From positions 5,926,914-5,990,913 of the forward strand of contig NC_134034.1 of NCBI RefSeq assembly GCF_964204645.1: a DNA stretch of 64,000 nucleotides, given 5' to 3'. Of this stretch, positions 50,921 through 64,000 are shown piece after piece. Each line of letters begins with the position of its first letter. Position 1 is the first letter of the stretch. The position numbers and the translations under genes were made by a program. The notes under the pieces are model-generated. The model ran no database searches. It worked only from the letters and a program-made list of their open reading frames with translations, and was not told the DNA's origin. Source of the DNA: Tubulanus polymorphus (lineage: Eukaryota > Animalia > Nemertea).

Positions 50921-52773
50921 TCATTTAATAGACAGAATATCGATGCCATACATATGGGGCATGAATAACGTAGGATAGATATCTTGATGTGACAGTATCA
51001 GTGTAGTATTAACCAATAGTTGCCGATAAGTAAATTTGTAATTCGTTACTTCAATGTGTGCCCTACGCAGGATTGGTTATATTATTCGTAAACGAATTCA
51101 GATGTTTAATCCATGGCGACATGATCTCCTACCGAAATTTTCAGAAAATCAAGTGATCGTCCAGAGTTTGCAGAGAAGAGTAAACCACCGATATCGGTTA
51201 CTTGAGTTTGGTAGTGCTATAGCCGCTGTAAATATCTCAGGATGAAATCGTTCATGGCCAGGTCATACTAAAATTATTCTGAATTCACTATGGACATGAA
51301 ACTAAATGATTGTATCAGTAATTAGTCCAGTGAATCAGTGCAATTTTTATAGATGTGATCATGCATCTCCGGGTTATAAAAGGCAATTAGCGATTATGTT
51401 TAATCAACGACCAATTATCAAAAAAGCTCCCTCAATTGTATATCTCTCCTCCCAGTGCGGGTTGGAGAGAATCGTAAATGTAAACATTATCTCCGATTGG
51501 GATCGTGATCTAGTTGACGATTGCAATATTCAATTCTCGATGGGTTCTGAGATTAATGTGCTGATTAGGAATTAGCCTCGTTGGGAAGTTATAAAATGTC
51601 ATCATTCGTCGTTGCATTTTCCATTGGACGAGCAGTGTTGTTTTTTGATCAGTCAAAAAATCGCAATTTTACGAAAAGGTACGTTTTTACTATATATCCC
51701 TTTAAAGGCGTTTCGTTGATTCATTAAATCTGTCCCTTGATTGTAAACTCAGGAGTTTTCAATTTTGGCCTAATTACGGCGTAAACCCTAGAGGAATATT
51801 AAGTTCGCTTTTGTTCGTTTGTCCGAAACGGAATCGAACAATTAAGAGTTTTTCAAAAAGTTTTTATTTGAAATGCTTCTGTAGAGCACGACAGGACAAA
51901 TAGTAACGCAATAAAACAATATCTAATTTCGGCCTAAATAAAACAATATTTTTGACTTCATTTTTTACTTCACTGGTTCCATCCTAAAAAATTTCTTTTT
52001 ATTCATGAACTACTGCAATACAAATTCCTATCTGAATCCAAAAATATGGATCAGACGTTTTGTAAAGGTCTCGTTTCTAATACAACGAGTCATCCTCATT
52101 TGCTAGGCTTTTTTCATATACCTTATGTGTTGTCGAGGGGTTGTTTTGTAACGAGGGTGTCGGGCTCAGATGTTTTTATTTGCCAGTGGCGTCGAATAGC
52201 GAACTTTCAGGTTGTCGAGAATTTCCAATTCCAATTCACGGTAGGCAAATAGTGGAAAGCGGACCTTGTTAAATTGGTTAGCAGAGTTGATGAATAAGTA
52301 CGGCTATATTTATTGTGTGTTCAGTATCTTAATGTCAAATGGAATATTGGTAGTATAATTGCAGCCGTTAATATCCTGAATATAATGTTTACTCAATTGT
52401 GATAATTTATATAACGAAAAAGCTTGATTTGATTTTTGGTAAGAAGATTTATAGCATGTCAGTATTTCTGGCGCATTAATCATTTCATTTCGGACCAGTG
52501 GTAAGATGTTTTCAGAACTTCTCCGTTGAAAAAAATCAGGCAGTTATTTCAAATAATCAAAATATAATTTTTAGATTTGCGAATAATTATCATGAAAGGA
52601 ATTATGTAATTTCGTGTTTTATCAGGGAGATTTTTGATTTAGGTTTTCAAAGTTGTTTTTGAATGTTTTATCATAATATTTGGAATCAAATATAAATGCA
52701 TCTTTCAGATCAATGACTACATTTAACGCATCTGGATATTTGCAACTAAAATGAACCTTATGTTTTTTTTCAG

Positions 52774-52893
52774 ATGTTGACCAGTTGTATTGTAGTGACA
52801 GCCATGATTGGCATGACGGTGGCTGGGAGTCTAAGCTCAGTTGGTTTATCAGAACACAACCGCGTCAGATCCCATTATCCTGTACCGAAAATG
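52774..52893 (+). CDS. CAP/SCP/PR-1 family secreted protein, first coding exon
   Basis: MLTSCIVVTAMIGMTVAG signal peptide, then LSEHNRVRS (CAP HN..R motif). GTAAGT donor. Confidence 0.85.
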
Positions 52894-52970
52894 GTAAGTG
52901 AATAACGTTGTCGCCGTTACTGTTATAATTTTACGAATTAACAGAAAAATATGTTTACGGTAATTGTTAT

Positions 52971-53374
52971 CAGGGCGGATCCAGGAATATGGTGGCGGGT
53001 GGTTCACCAGTAGTTAACAAATGAGATCACTATTAGCATGTCTTTTTTATCATTTAGATCAAAGGGGTTAGCTTCTAAGAAGGGTTGGACCTAATCAAAA
53101 TACCTTCACCGTCATTGGGTCTACTTTGATAACCGTTAACGTCGTAAGCAATGCATCGAGCATTTTGAACGAAAATTTTGAAAATTTGATACCACAGGCT
53201 ATATTCCGCATATGTACCTATTCTCGTGAATATCCCATAATGGAATATAGTTGACATCTTAACTAGTGTCATTTGACATTGAGAAAAGAAAATCTTCCGT
53301 AAAAAGACATTTTTCATCTTGCGAAAAGGGCTCTTCGTGACTTAACGGTGAGTAAACCCTTAGATCCACCCCTG
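52971..53374. mobile_element. Small hAT-like MITE in intron 1 of the CAP gene
   Basis: TIRs CAGGGCGGATCCAGG and TAGATCCACCCCTG. Degenerate 8-bp flanks ATTGTTAT / ATTGTTTA. Similar ends occur at ~29796 and ~39730. Confidence 0.55.
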
Positions 53375-54812
53375 ATTGTTTAAGAAAAGGGCCTTGAAAT
53401 TAAGCTTAATATAAACAGATACAAATGGAAGTGTTGTGAATTACATTCCTTGCTTGAAAGAAATATACGTTCTCCTGACACTTTTTAGGTAGTTTTCGGT
53501 TAGATTCGGTTGATAGTTACATTTAGATATCGTATTCGTGGTTGAATTTTTCATTAAGTATTCAACAAAAGTCGTGTGCGTCCCGTGCGCCCCATATACT
53601 TTGCATATCCACTGAATTCGTCACCAGCTAGGCTCACATTGCGCCATATTACTCTTTTTGACTCCGTCAAAACGGTTACAATAATGTTTATATACATTGA
53701 TACCTAATATGGGTTATCTGATGGGTTCTCTGTGAGTCGATGTGCTCTTTGTCATAAATATTGGGGTTTCAATATATCAGTTATAATTATAAATTTTGGC
53801 ATTCTTTGCAATTGAATGAATTCTGTAACTGTTATTTTATCCCTGATAAACTTTCAATAATCGTTGTTTGAGAGGATGTGCACTTCGTCATCAATATATC
53901 CGGTCCAGACTGGTTGTCTGTCAATTCAATTATCGATATATTCAAAACCAAAATAGCTTCACTGATCCTTGCTATTATATAGTTTATATTATACTATTCA
54001 TGTCGACAATATTACGTGATACATGTGAGTATTTTTCGAGGCGCCAATAAACTTTTAAAGTTAGTTTTCTTGTTTCCCTTTGATAAGGATGACTCGTATT
54101 TAGTTATAGCTCGATTTATTAATGATTGTATTTATGATATATATTTAAGATTTATCAATGTATTTACCTACATATGCGAAACTACCCATTAGGTTTTTTT
54201 CGGCCATCTTGTAATGTCTATCTTATGACAGAGTTATTTGTGCTAATCTTTTTTGTAAAATATGGGGTAAATTAACTTGAAACAGGGCTCTCTGTGTTAC
54301 TTAAACTTAAACTAAACTCAAACTTAAACTTATACATCTAGCATACGAAGGCAATTCTTCAGAATTATTCTCGTCTCCAGGCATTCTGAAAAGGTGAAAT
54401 GCACTTAATTTGGCTCGCGATGGGTAGTATGAGGCCTACAAAAAAACTTACGTACCAACCATAGAGAATATTTAGACAGGTTTTAAGAATAAAGGCTTTG
54501 AGTAAGTTTTGTAGAATAGCTACATTGTATTTATTTCATCTGACCCAAACGGAAATGAGAAATAATGTATTCTTTGAGGAATAACGAGAAAATAAGTGAT
54601 CTAGAATAAGTGGGTTTGCTTCATTTCCATAACAAACAGTGATCTGAAATTATTCATTTGATTATAAGGATATCGTGTGGGCGATTCTAACAGATGGAAT
54701 TCCATTAACGAGCTGTATCAATGACATCTTTTATGACATCTTTTTGTATTTTCTTAAATGAAATATGGTTTTCTCGCAATTCGGCAAAAAGCACGCATTC
54801 TTCAATTTTCAG

Positions 54813-55046
54813 AGATGGTCAGGATCTATTGCAAATATGGCACAAAACTACGCAAATGGCTGCAGCTCACGTCACTCAACCAGGAGTCAGCGACAAGGAA
54901 CCGGTGAAAATATCTACATGTCCAGTATGGCAAATATGGATCCTGCAGAGGCAATTAAACAGGCAATCGAATCCTGGGAGAGCGAAAAGGCAGATTACGA
55001 TATTAATTCTAACTACTGCGGAAGTGTTTGCGGTCATTTTACGCAG
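54813..55046 (+). CDS. CAP/SCP/PR-1 protein exon 2
   Basis: RWS...AQNYA..C...HS......GENIY...W..E..DY...CGHFTQ, with AG/GT boundaries. Confidence 0.92.
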
Positions 55047-56416
55047 GTAGGCGTTTTCATAAGCAGAAATTCTTGACATTATTATTGTGATGGCAATACC
55101 TTTTTGTATCACTTTGATAATTGAGTCCTTTATCTCCGTAAATTTACGTATTTGATGTAGATAAACTCATAATGCATCGTACAAGTAAGGCGAAATCTTC
55201 AAAACCCAAATAATGCATTAGAGGAAACATAGGGACCGTCCGACCAACCCCTAGCCAACATGACAAAAGCCATCTAAACGAGTAGCTAAGAGACCCGCGA
55301 CTGGAGAAAAATATCAAATTACATAATCAATTGCATAATTAAAGACGGAACGCAAAAGAGATCATTCCATCTAATCACCTTTTCCATCTACCTCAAAATT
55401 CTTTAATACAATAACATGAAAAAATTGTTCGGCGTGGAGAAGAGCTTATTTCTGTTTTTAAAACTTGACGGGCTATCCTAAAGTTCTTGTCAATGCAACA
55501 ATGGTTCTAAAATGTAGTGAACTGTAATGAACCGACACAATAGTGATTTCTTAGATTACATCGCAAGATAGATCAAATAAAATCAAAAGCAGATTGCACT
55601 ACTGCATAACTCAGCTAAATAAATTCTAAGGTGCGCTCGCTGCGCATACAGCCATCTACCTGAAAATACTAGAAAATATAGATTTTTCTCTGTATATACA
55701 AGAAACTATTACGCCGGCTGAAAACGACGGGGGTGAAATGTTGCAGAAATCAAACAAGGGGAGCGAAGGGAGCTCACCAGAGAGTGCAAACGGCAAAGGA
55801 GAGACATGGACAAAAATGTGCACCTACGTACACGAAGAAAGGACCGACAGCTGTCCATAATATTTACAACGCTCATAATATTTACAAACTCAACATAATA
55901 GAGCTGGCAAAGAGTGAAAAGACGAAAAGGCTACGTATACAGATATGCGTGTGCAATCAGCCAAAAAACTAAATCCTATCAAAAGCTCTAGCTATTCTCT
56001 TGCAACAGACCTAGGTCGAACTAGAATATTTCTGGAACTCATCATGCACTACCATGCTCCATTCATGTAAAAAAACAACTAATCGACCTCAACTGAATCT
56101 TGCTGTCAAAACTGTCAAAATAACTTCATTTGCAGTTAACTTTGAACCGAATCTATATATTAGCACAGCACCCAGCAAATATACAATAAATTCATTTTTA
56201 GCTCAGATATCAGAAACCGGCCCCAGTACAGTAATGATTAGTAATTGATTCATTTATGGAACAAGTTCACTCAGTTGTATAAGCAATCGAACGCGGAAGA
56301 CCGTCCAACTATCTAATAACGAACCTGCATAGGTGGAATCCTCGACTGCCACGCAGTAGTGGTCCGGGTACCCAATTTCGTCGCCTTGCAGTTACACTTA
56401 TTTCTTTTCTTTTCAG

Positions 56417-56511
56417 TTGATTTGGAAAACATCTACTGAGGTTGGTTGCGGTGTTGGTAATTGCCCTCATAGCATGTGGAAAACTTTTGTCGTTTGTAAC
56501 TACAAGGGACC
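56417..56511 (+). CDS. CAP/SCP/PR-1 protein exon 3
   Basis: LIWKTSTEVGCG...FVVCNYKG completes the CAP1 and CAP2 signatures. GTAAGT donor. Confidence 0.92.
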
Positions 56512-56608
56512 GTAAGTAAATAAAGTGAACGAAAAATATAGATATAATAATGCTTTTACCAGGCCCGTGTCGCAAAAAGGTTTACTTTCCACTCATTCCT
56601 CATTTCAG

Positions 56609-56621
56609 AGGAAATACTTAG
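56609..56621 (+). CDS. CAP/SCP/PR-1 protein terminal exon (PGNT-stop)
   Basis: TTTCAG acceptor supplies the expected PGN motif in the correct phase, then TAG. Confidence 0.65.
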
Positions 56622-59600
56622 CCGAGATGTTACAATTAAAACATATATAATACATGATTACATTGTTCATTCATTTAGACCATCGTTACGTATATAAAAT
56701 CGCCATATCTGGGCGTCAAATCTTCAAACTCAGACACCCTTCCGTCCCAACCAAATTAAATAAGAACTCACTCGGATTATCCCCCAGGCCGAGGCCCTGT
56801 TTTGCATGCTATCTTTGTATTTGGTAAATGCTTGAACGCACCCAAAACCGATAAAAACTGTAAAGATTCATAATCGTTGGATCAACAGTGTTCTACGATA
56901 TGGCTTATATAATGCTACGTTTACGGCTAGAAGGCCTATCACTAATGGTTAGAAATAAGTTATTTGAATGAAACTATCACTGACGCTATTTCTTAGGTCA
57001 GTACATGTATTACATGCTACTTAAGTTTTGCTTCTTGTTTTTAGAGGAAACTATTATGGCGAAAAGCCTTATTAGTTTGATGTCATCGATCATTAGCTGA
57101 ATGCTTTCCATGTAAAATGTGCCCGAAATACTGAGACGCACCCTCGTATCTTCCAATGTATTCAAAAACTTGAGATGGATTGTCATGTGTCTTAACATAA
57201 GAATAAAGATAATTTTCAAATACTTTTTGAAAAAAGTGGCGTGTTTTTTTAGATCAAATCATTATTTTATGCAGAAAAAAATATCTGGGCGTTGTACAAA
57301 ATTTTCGGACTTCGCAGATAAATTTGAAGAAAGGATGTTATGGAAAATACCTTTTTTAAACCTTTTCGCTAGTTCATTTTATCAAAGATAACCACCCATC
57401 AGTGTCCTATTTCACATCTGAAACATCATTGAGGCCTTAATAGTGAAATTATCATCAAACTGGCTCAAGTTACTGGGGAATCGATTTAGGGTTGAGGCTA
57501 TATATAAATTAACCCAGCCAGAATCCAGTCGTGTGCGGTGGCTCAATGGGTAATGCATCTACTATTTGTTCGTTTAATTTCGAATCCCAATATTGCAAGT
57601 CAGAATTCTACTGTTTTGAGCATGCGCTAACCGTACTCCGTAACAGGAGCCACGTCGAATGATTAAATCGTAGTTAAGTAGTCAAATCACAATATTACAT
57701 ATTCCCTACTATCGTCGAAAATGTGTCAAATTATGTCGGCCCGACACGAAACGTGTGTGAATCAAACTTACCACGGTCTGAAATCGTATATTTTAGAACC
57801 AAACTAGTTGGGTGAAATACATAAGGAAGCAGTTGTTTTCTTATTCTCTATCAAAAGAAGGATGGGTGTGTGTTTTATTGACAAAACAAATGCTCAAACG
57901 AAATCAACCACTTCGAGTACACGTTTAGGCCCGAACCCAGGGGATGCGAAAGGTGCGGTTGTGTTTAAATTTCAAAGCATCCCATTAAACAAACATGACA
58001 CCAACTAAGAAAGGTCTTCTTTGGTACTTACTCGCATTCATAAAACTATGTTATAAGCCGGGGTCATACGGAGACAATTTCATGCGGTTCAGGACCGAGT
58101 CAAAGTTGGTCCATGCCTAATTTTTGAGCCCTTTCACACCCGAACCACTCACTCGTTACTAAACAATGATTACACAAAGATAGAAATAAGGCTTATTCAA
58201 AATTCCAAACGAGGGAATGGAAAGCACTTCATTAATACCAAAAAATCACCTGCCTCACAGTAACAATAAAGAAGTTTCCAGTTTAGCGACCGTGAAGAAA
58301 AACATTAAAAGTGTTATTAGGTTGTTTGTGCCTGCCGGTGTGTTTTACTTTTTTAAGAAAAAAACAAAAAGACATTTCTGCATGCGGCATGCGCATTTAC
58401 ATTTTTATTTTTTACAGACTTACTTTATTGACGTTCGCGGAAAATGAATCTCATGAGAAACAAGTAATTTTTGGTGGTTATTTTCGGAAATAACTTACGT
58501 CGTTGCAAAAACCTACGTCGTATCAGATGCATTTGTTTATATTACGTCGGGACGTGGGAGTACTTCGCTGTAAAATAATGTCGTCCCAAATTCTTAAACG
58601 TATGTCGGGACGCGATTACGTTGCAAAAACCATGCGTCGTTGCAGTGCTAATATTTTTTTCATTTGATCGCTTTCAATATGAATCAGCCGTGTATGTAAA
58701 TTTCCGCATTTTGAACCGAAATTTTCGCCAGATATCTTGATGACGCAACGTTACTTATGTACTGAATTTCAAAATAAGATGAATCATTGAACACATTTCA
58801 CACAACAGATTGTTACATCACTTGCCTTGTCAAAACAGTAATCGCGCTAGCAGCAAGACGAATATCGAAATATTCAATTGTGCCGCCATTTGCTTAAGCA
58901 CTTAACGTCCAACTGGTTTAGGATCCACCAGAACATATTCAATACTATGACGTCATGAGGGTGGTTAAACGGGTCAACACAAATTACATATATCAAAGAT
59001 TTTGAGGGGTTTCGTCTTTGAAGGCACATAACTATACCGAACAAAGCGTCGGATTTTGACGAGATAAAGTTCTTCCGACACAAATAGTATCGAATTTTCA
59101 CATGTTTTATTTTGAACAGTTAAAGATGCTGGAAAAAACGTGCTCAAATATAACGAGTTTTTTTATCCTTTTTGGTAAAATTCTCAAAAAATATGAAACC
59201 CACGGCGTTCAACTTTGCGCAACATAAAGAAAAACAAATTAAGAAATATCTATTTGGTTAATCTGCTCGACTCGTCTATTAGTAGTGAAATTACAGGCTA
59301 CTGAATCTGCTATTAATTGGCTATTTGAATGTGCTAGAAATAGGCTTTGAGCATACGAATGATTATCGATCGGCCAGACCGTTGTCTTGACATAGACTTT
59401 CTAATACGAGCCAAAAAAGCAATAATCCCACCTATAATACCAGGAATATTTGATAGCCATCATAGTGAACATAAACTTAAACAAAAACAAACCCGGAAGT
59501 GATTGTATGGGCGTTAGCGTACGTGCAGTTAGTGATCATTACGATCGCTTTTTTAATATGGCGCTGATGAACACACCAAGCAAAGGCGAAACTGCCAAAA

Positions 59601-60251
59601 ACAAACTTTAAAAATATACGCTGGGATTAGCTGTACCAGCATGTCATAAACCGATTCGGTGGCAATACAAACCGACCGCAAAGTCTCGTAGCTGAAAAGA
59701 AGCAAAGGTGAGAAAATAAAATGGAAAAATCAGCATGAAAAATATCGTAATTACCACGTCTAGTGAACTTCCGGCCAGCAGCAACTCGAATAACGATGAG
59801 AGCGCGAAGCTAAATATAGTTAGAACAAGACATGGCACGACTACGGTTCAACTGAAGAAACTGGATCTACTAGAGACACTCAAAAGAGGTAGACGAACTT
59901 AAACATTCTATGGAATATTTTCGTAACAGTGTTGAGGAGGTGAAAGCTGAGAATTCGTTTCTGGAAAACGAGGTCATCGGACTTAAACAGGATTTGTCTC
60001 GACTTCAATTCAATTCTATTCCGCATTCAAATCAAAAAGATCAAGGGAAATATTTATCTGAGGTATTTGTTCCTGCCAGCCAATTTTATTGTGTAAATTA
60101 TAGGTATTGACTCCTGAGCTGGGAGTGTATTTTGATAAATATAACCCATGCATCATTTGCTATTTTATCAAAAGCTGACAGGATGCCCATAGTGTCCCTT
60201 GGTGCTCTTGATACTCTTAGTCAATTTGATTTCGACAAGTGATCGAGTGCC

Positions 60252-61986
60252 AGTAATCGGAAAAGTGGGCTTTCAGATCAGAGGTCGAGAGGTCGAGACA
60301 CCACTCATCACCACAAGTAATCTTTTCCCCTAATAAATGGGGGAAAATGAACAACATGAAGCCTAAATTCCCTATTACTCTTAATAATTTCATATAAATG
60401 AACATTATTTACATGAATTTCATTTATTTTAAAATCATTTATATGTTTATTACAAAAGTTACGAGTAATTAACGAGTTGATTAAAATTATATTTTTAAAC
60501 ATAAAAGTAACGAATAATTAACGAGTTGAGTGAAAACTCATATTTTAGAAAAGTGACGAGTAATTAACGAGTTGATTAAAATTAGATTTCTAAACATAAA
60601 AGTGTGAGTAAAGTGTGAGTGAAATAAGTCATTTCATACTAGCACACGAGAGTACGAGACACCTCATCACGACAAGTATTTTTTTCCTTATAAAAATGAA
60701 GAAAGAAGAACCCAACTTCAAAATCGAAATCAATGAACCCAATAAATCATTTTCACAGTTTAACATTAAAAATTATATTTCAGCAACAAATTTAGTGTCC
60801 GCAAGACATTATAAAATTGATAATATTACTGTAATTAATCAAATATTATTAAATGAAACATATTTAATTACTGAAATAATAGATACTTTAGATAATGGCG
60901 CCAAAAATCCTAAAATATTTAATACAGTTTTAAATTATAAAGGTAATTTAGATGAAAACATAATAAATATTCTTAAATGTCCTTTTAATGAAAGAGAAAG
61001 TGATATAATACTTTCAAAAGGTAATGATAGGATAGACTTAAGAATTGAAAAACGACAATTATATTATTATAATTTTGATAATAAACAAATTATCTATAAT
61101 GAAAATTCATCAAATATTGGAATTCAATGTGATTTAGATAATGAAAAATCATGTAAAGATGTTGCAGTTCAATGTAACTTATAATCGTCGTTTTTCAATT
61201 CTTAAGTCTATCCTATCATTACCTTTTGAAAGTATTATATCACTTTCTCTTTCATTAAAATGACATTTAAGAATATTTTTTATGTTTTCATCTAAATTAC
61301 CTTTATAATTTAAAACTGTATTAAATATTTTAGGATTTTTGGCGCCATTATCTAAAGTATCTATTAGTTCAGTAATTGATTATGTTTCATTTAATAATAT
61401 TTGATTAATTACAGTAATATTATCAATTTTATAATGTCTTGCGGACACTAAATTTGTTGCTGAAATATAATTTTTAATGTTAAACTGTGAAAATGATTTA
61501 TTGGGTTCATTGATTTCGATTTTGAAGTTGGGTTCTTCTTTCTTCATTTTTATAAGGAAAAAAATACTTGTCGTGATGAGGTGTCTCGTACTCTTCTAGT
61601 ATGAAATGACTTATTTCACTCACACTTTACTCACACTTTTATGTTTAGAAATCTAATTTTAATCAACTCGTTAATTACTCGTCACTTTTCTAAAATATGA
61701 GTTTTCACTCAACTCGTTAATTATTCGTTACTTATATGTTTAAAAATATAATTTTAATCAACTCGTTAATTACTCGTAACTTTTGTAATTAACACATAAA
61801 TGATTTTAAAATAAATGCAATTCATGTAAATAATGTTCATTTATATGAAATTATTAAGAGTAATAGGGAATTTAGGCTTCATGTTGTTCATTTTCCCCCA
61901 TTTATTAGGGGAAAAAATTACTTGTGGTGATGAGTGGTGTCTCGACCTCTCGACCTATGATCTGAAAGCCCACTTTTCCAATTACT
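60252..61986. mobile_element. Non-autonomous Polinton/Maverick derivative, almost entirely TIR (palindrome)
   Basis: Arms ~60252-61063 and ~61180-61986 are inverted with scattered differences. Termini AGTAAT...ATTACT. Exact 6-bp TSD AGTGCC at 60246-60251 and 61987-61992. Confidence 0.85.
60696..61184 (+). CDS. Orphan 162-aa Asn/Ile/Lys-rich ORF inside the mini-Maverick
   Basis: Open from AAAAATG at 60696 through the left arm and spacer despite very high AT content. No motif recognised. Confidence 0.5.
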   Translation: MKKEEPNFKIEINEPNKSFSQFNIKNYISATNLVSARHYKIDNITVINQILLNETYLITEIIDTLDNGAKNPKIFNTVLNYKGNLDENIINILKCPFNERESDIILSKGNDRIDLRIEKRQLYYYNFDNKQIIYNENSSNIGIQCDLDNEKSCKDVAVQCNL

Positions 61987-62539
61987 AGTGCCCATCGGAA
62001 TACAGTGAGTTAAAATCATTTACATTAAGATAATTACAAAATTACAATTTGTGAATAACTCTGAACAAAGAATGAAATAATCGATATGTAATGATTCCAG
62101 TGATAAGACCGTCGCCACTCTCACAATTTTCCACTTTGTCCCGCGTGGTAATACATGTACTATTCATCTCATTTGCTGGAATTCATGCCGCGATTAAGGA
62201 TGCTGATAACTAATTAATAACAAACAAGGACCAGCCTACTGCAATGTCTAATTCACTAAATTTTCAGATTTTTGATGTTTACGTACAATTCATTCAGAAC
62301 TCGTGGTCGATAATCCGCAATGCAGGTCACGGTCGATTGCACGCCACCTTTCCCGCGGAAAGTTGAAATAAAAGCACGGAACTGCATTTTCATATTCTTC
62401 ACATTTTTAACCAAGAAAATACGGGGCACATTAAATTATGATTAAAAGTTTATTTTACTCACTAGATAGAATTAAGTATTGTTGTTTTTATCAAATGAAA
62501 AAATATTTTTCAGATTTCGATGATAAAGAATAATTCTTG

Positions 62540-63522
62540 TCAGTCTTGGGCCCCCTGCTGTTTAGTATATATGTCGGTCCTCTGGGTGACATCATAGAAG
62601 CACAAAATTGAGTTCCATTTCTTTGCTGATGACATCCAGCTTTACATAGTATTCCATCCGTCAGCGGTAGATGATGCTTTGCAGAGACTCGAGGTCTGTA
62701 TCAATGAAATTCGACGTTGGATGGCTATCAAATTCTTGAAATTAAATGATGATAAAACCGAATTTATGATGATTCATTTAAAGCAGCACAATCTTGCTGA
62801 GAACACGATATTGATCGGTGATCATTCAATATCAACGGTGTCATTGGCTAAGAATATAGGCGCATATTTTGACCAACATCTCTCACTTGAACATTATGTT
62901 AATGCTATCTGCAAATCTTGCTACTTCCACCTGCATAACATTGGAAAAATCCAAAGATATCTTACTTCTGATGCTACAGCAACTCTGGTTAATTCACTTG
63001 TCACTTCCAGGTGAGATGGTCTAAAATGCCTTACTCATTGGACTCCCAAATTTCATTATTGCTAAATTACAAAAAGTTCAGAACTCTTCAGCCAGACTAG
63101 TAACTGGCACTTCAAAATACGGACACATTTCTCCTATTCTCAACAGCTGCACTGGCTCCCAGTCAAAGAGCGTATTAACTTCAAGATCCTATTGTTGGCT
63201 TACAAATGTTTCTATGGACTGGCTCCAAAATATCTGCAAGAATTTTAAAACCCCGACTAGAATGTTACTTTCAGTAGATGACCTTTTGATTACTCAACCC
63301 CGTTCAAGATTAGCTTCTCTTGGAGACAGAGCCTTCTCAGTCGCTGCTCCACGTTTGTGGAACAACCTTCCTCGCCATGTAAGAGCGGCTTCGAGTATCT
63401 CTGTCTTCAAGAGAAGCATCAAAACACATTTGTTTTCACCACATAAGATTTATACAGTAATATAGTGTCATTGATCACTTAAGTAGATTCTGGCACTTAA
63501 AATACCATAATAATAATAATAA
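62540..63522 (+). mobile_element. L2-group LINE 3' fragment with (TAA)n tail
   Basis: Motifs LGPLLF, FADDIQLY, LKLNDDKTE, LHWLPV and RAFSVAAPRLWNNLP, with stops and frameshifts. TAA repeats at ~63508-63522. Confidence 0.88.
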
Positions 63523-64000
63523 TTCTAGCAAAGGAAACATACAAAAACCTTACTGGGGCATCCATTTTTATGGCAAGCCATTGGTTATATTTATCATATC
63601 ATCATATATTTGAGCGTATTTATTCAATATACATGTACCTTCGTCTATGCATCTTAGATTGACTTTTTGAAAAATTAAGTTGATAAATTAAACCAGTGGA
63701 GACTATTACTTTTGTAGGACATAGTTAGTGTGAGTATGGTGAGAATGACCCTCATGAGATCCCACACCACCAGCGTTAGAAATAAATCCTTAGTGTGATC
63801 CTCAGCTAGGACAGTAACTATGATATTGTCACATTGTGGAAACCAAAACAGATGAAACTGACGAATTCTTAGTTAATTCCTTTTTTGGATGTATGGTTTT
63901 CAGGTTCATCAAAACCCTCGACAAAAAAGCTTGACATTGCGTCGTCACTCTAAAAAGGCGATAAATTTTCATGAAAATCGCTTTTAGAAAGGACATTGCT

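Noticed and set aside
54721-55112. Listed ORFs 54721..55050, 54876..55112 and the ends of 54765..55076 as stand-alone genes
   Set aside because: Only 54813-55046 is exon. The rest is intron read-through or alternative frames.
59760-60110. Coiled-coil ORF as a host gene
   Set aside because: Short, frameshifted, without splice support. More likely a LINE ORF1 scrap, and too weak to annotate.

Overview
AT-rich eukaryotic genomic DNA, most consistent with an invertebrate animal (spliceosomal introns and metazoan TE families; species not determinable from sequence). Most of the window is a nested transposable-element graveyard: Gypsy and BEL/Pao LTR remnants, a solo LTR, L2-, CR1-, RTE-X- and Tx1/L1-like LINEs, Mutator-like non-autonomous elements with 9-bp TSDs, Helitron/Helentron-like pieces and Polinton/Maverick derivatives. 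One CR1-group LINE keeps an uninterrupted ORF2. Two host genes can be rebuilt by hand from GT-AG exons that the ORF track misses or only partly covers, both on the + strand. One is a Shisa-like single-pass membrane protein with an RGG-rich, Shadoo-like N-terminus and a PPPY tail (36833-39070). The other is a small secreted CAP/SCP/PR-1 protein (52774-56621). Other notable structures are a 1735-bp almost fully palindromic mini-Maverick (AG...CT termini, 6-bp TSD, orphan ORF), a minimal type-I hammerhead ribozyme with a U3:A8 core, and a decayed Helitron-type cassette with a herpes-like C76 deubiquitinase and an RPA-like OB protein. All calls come from manual reading; no database searches were run.
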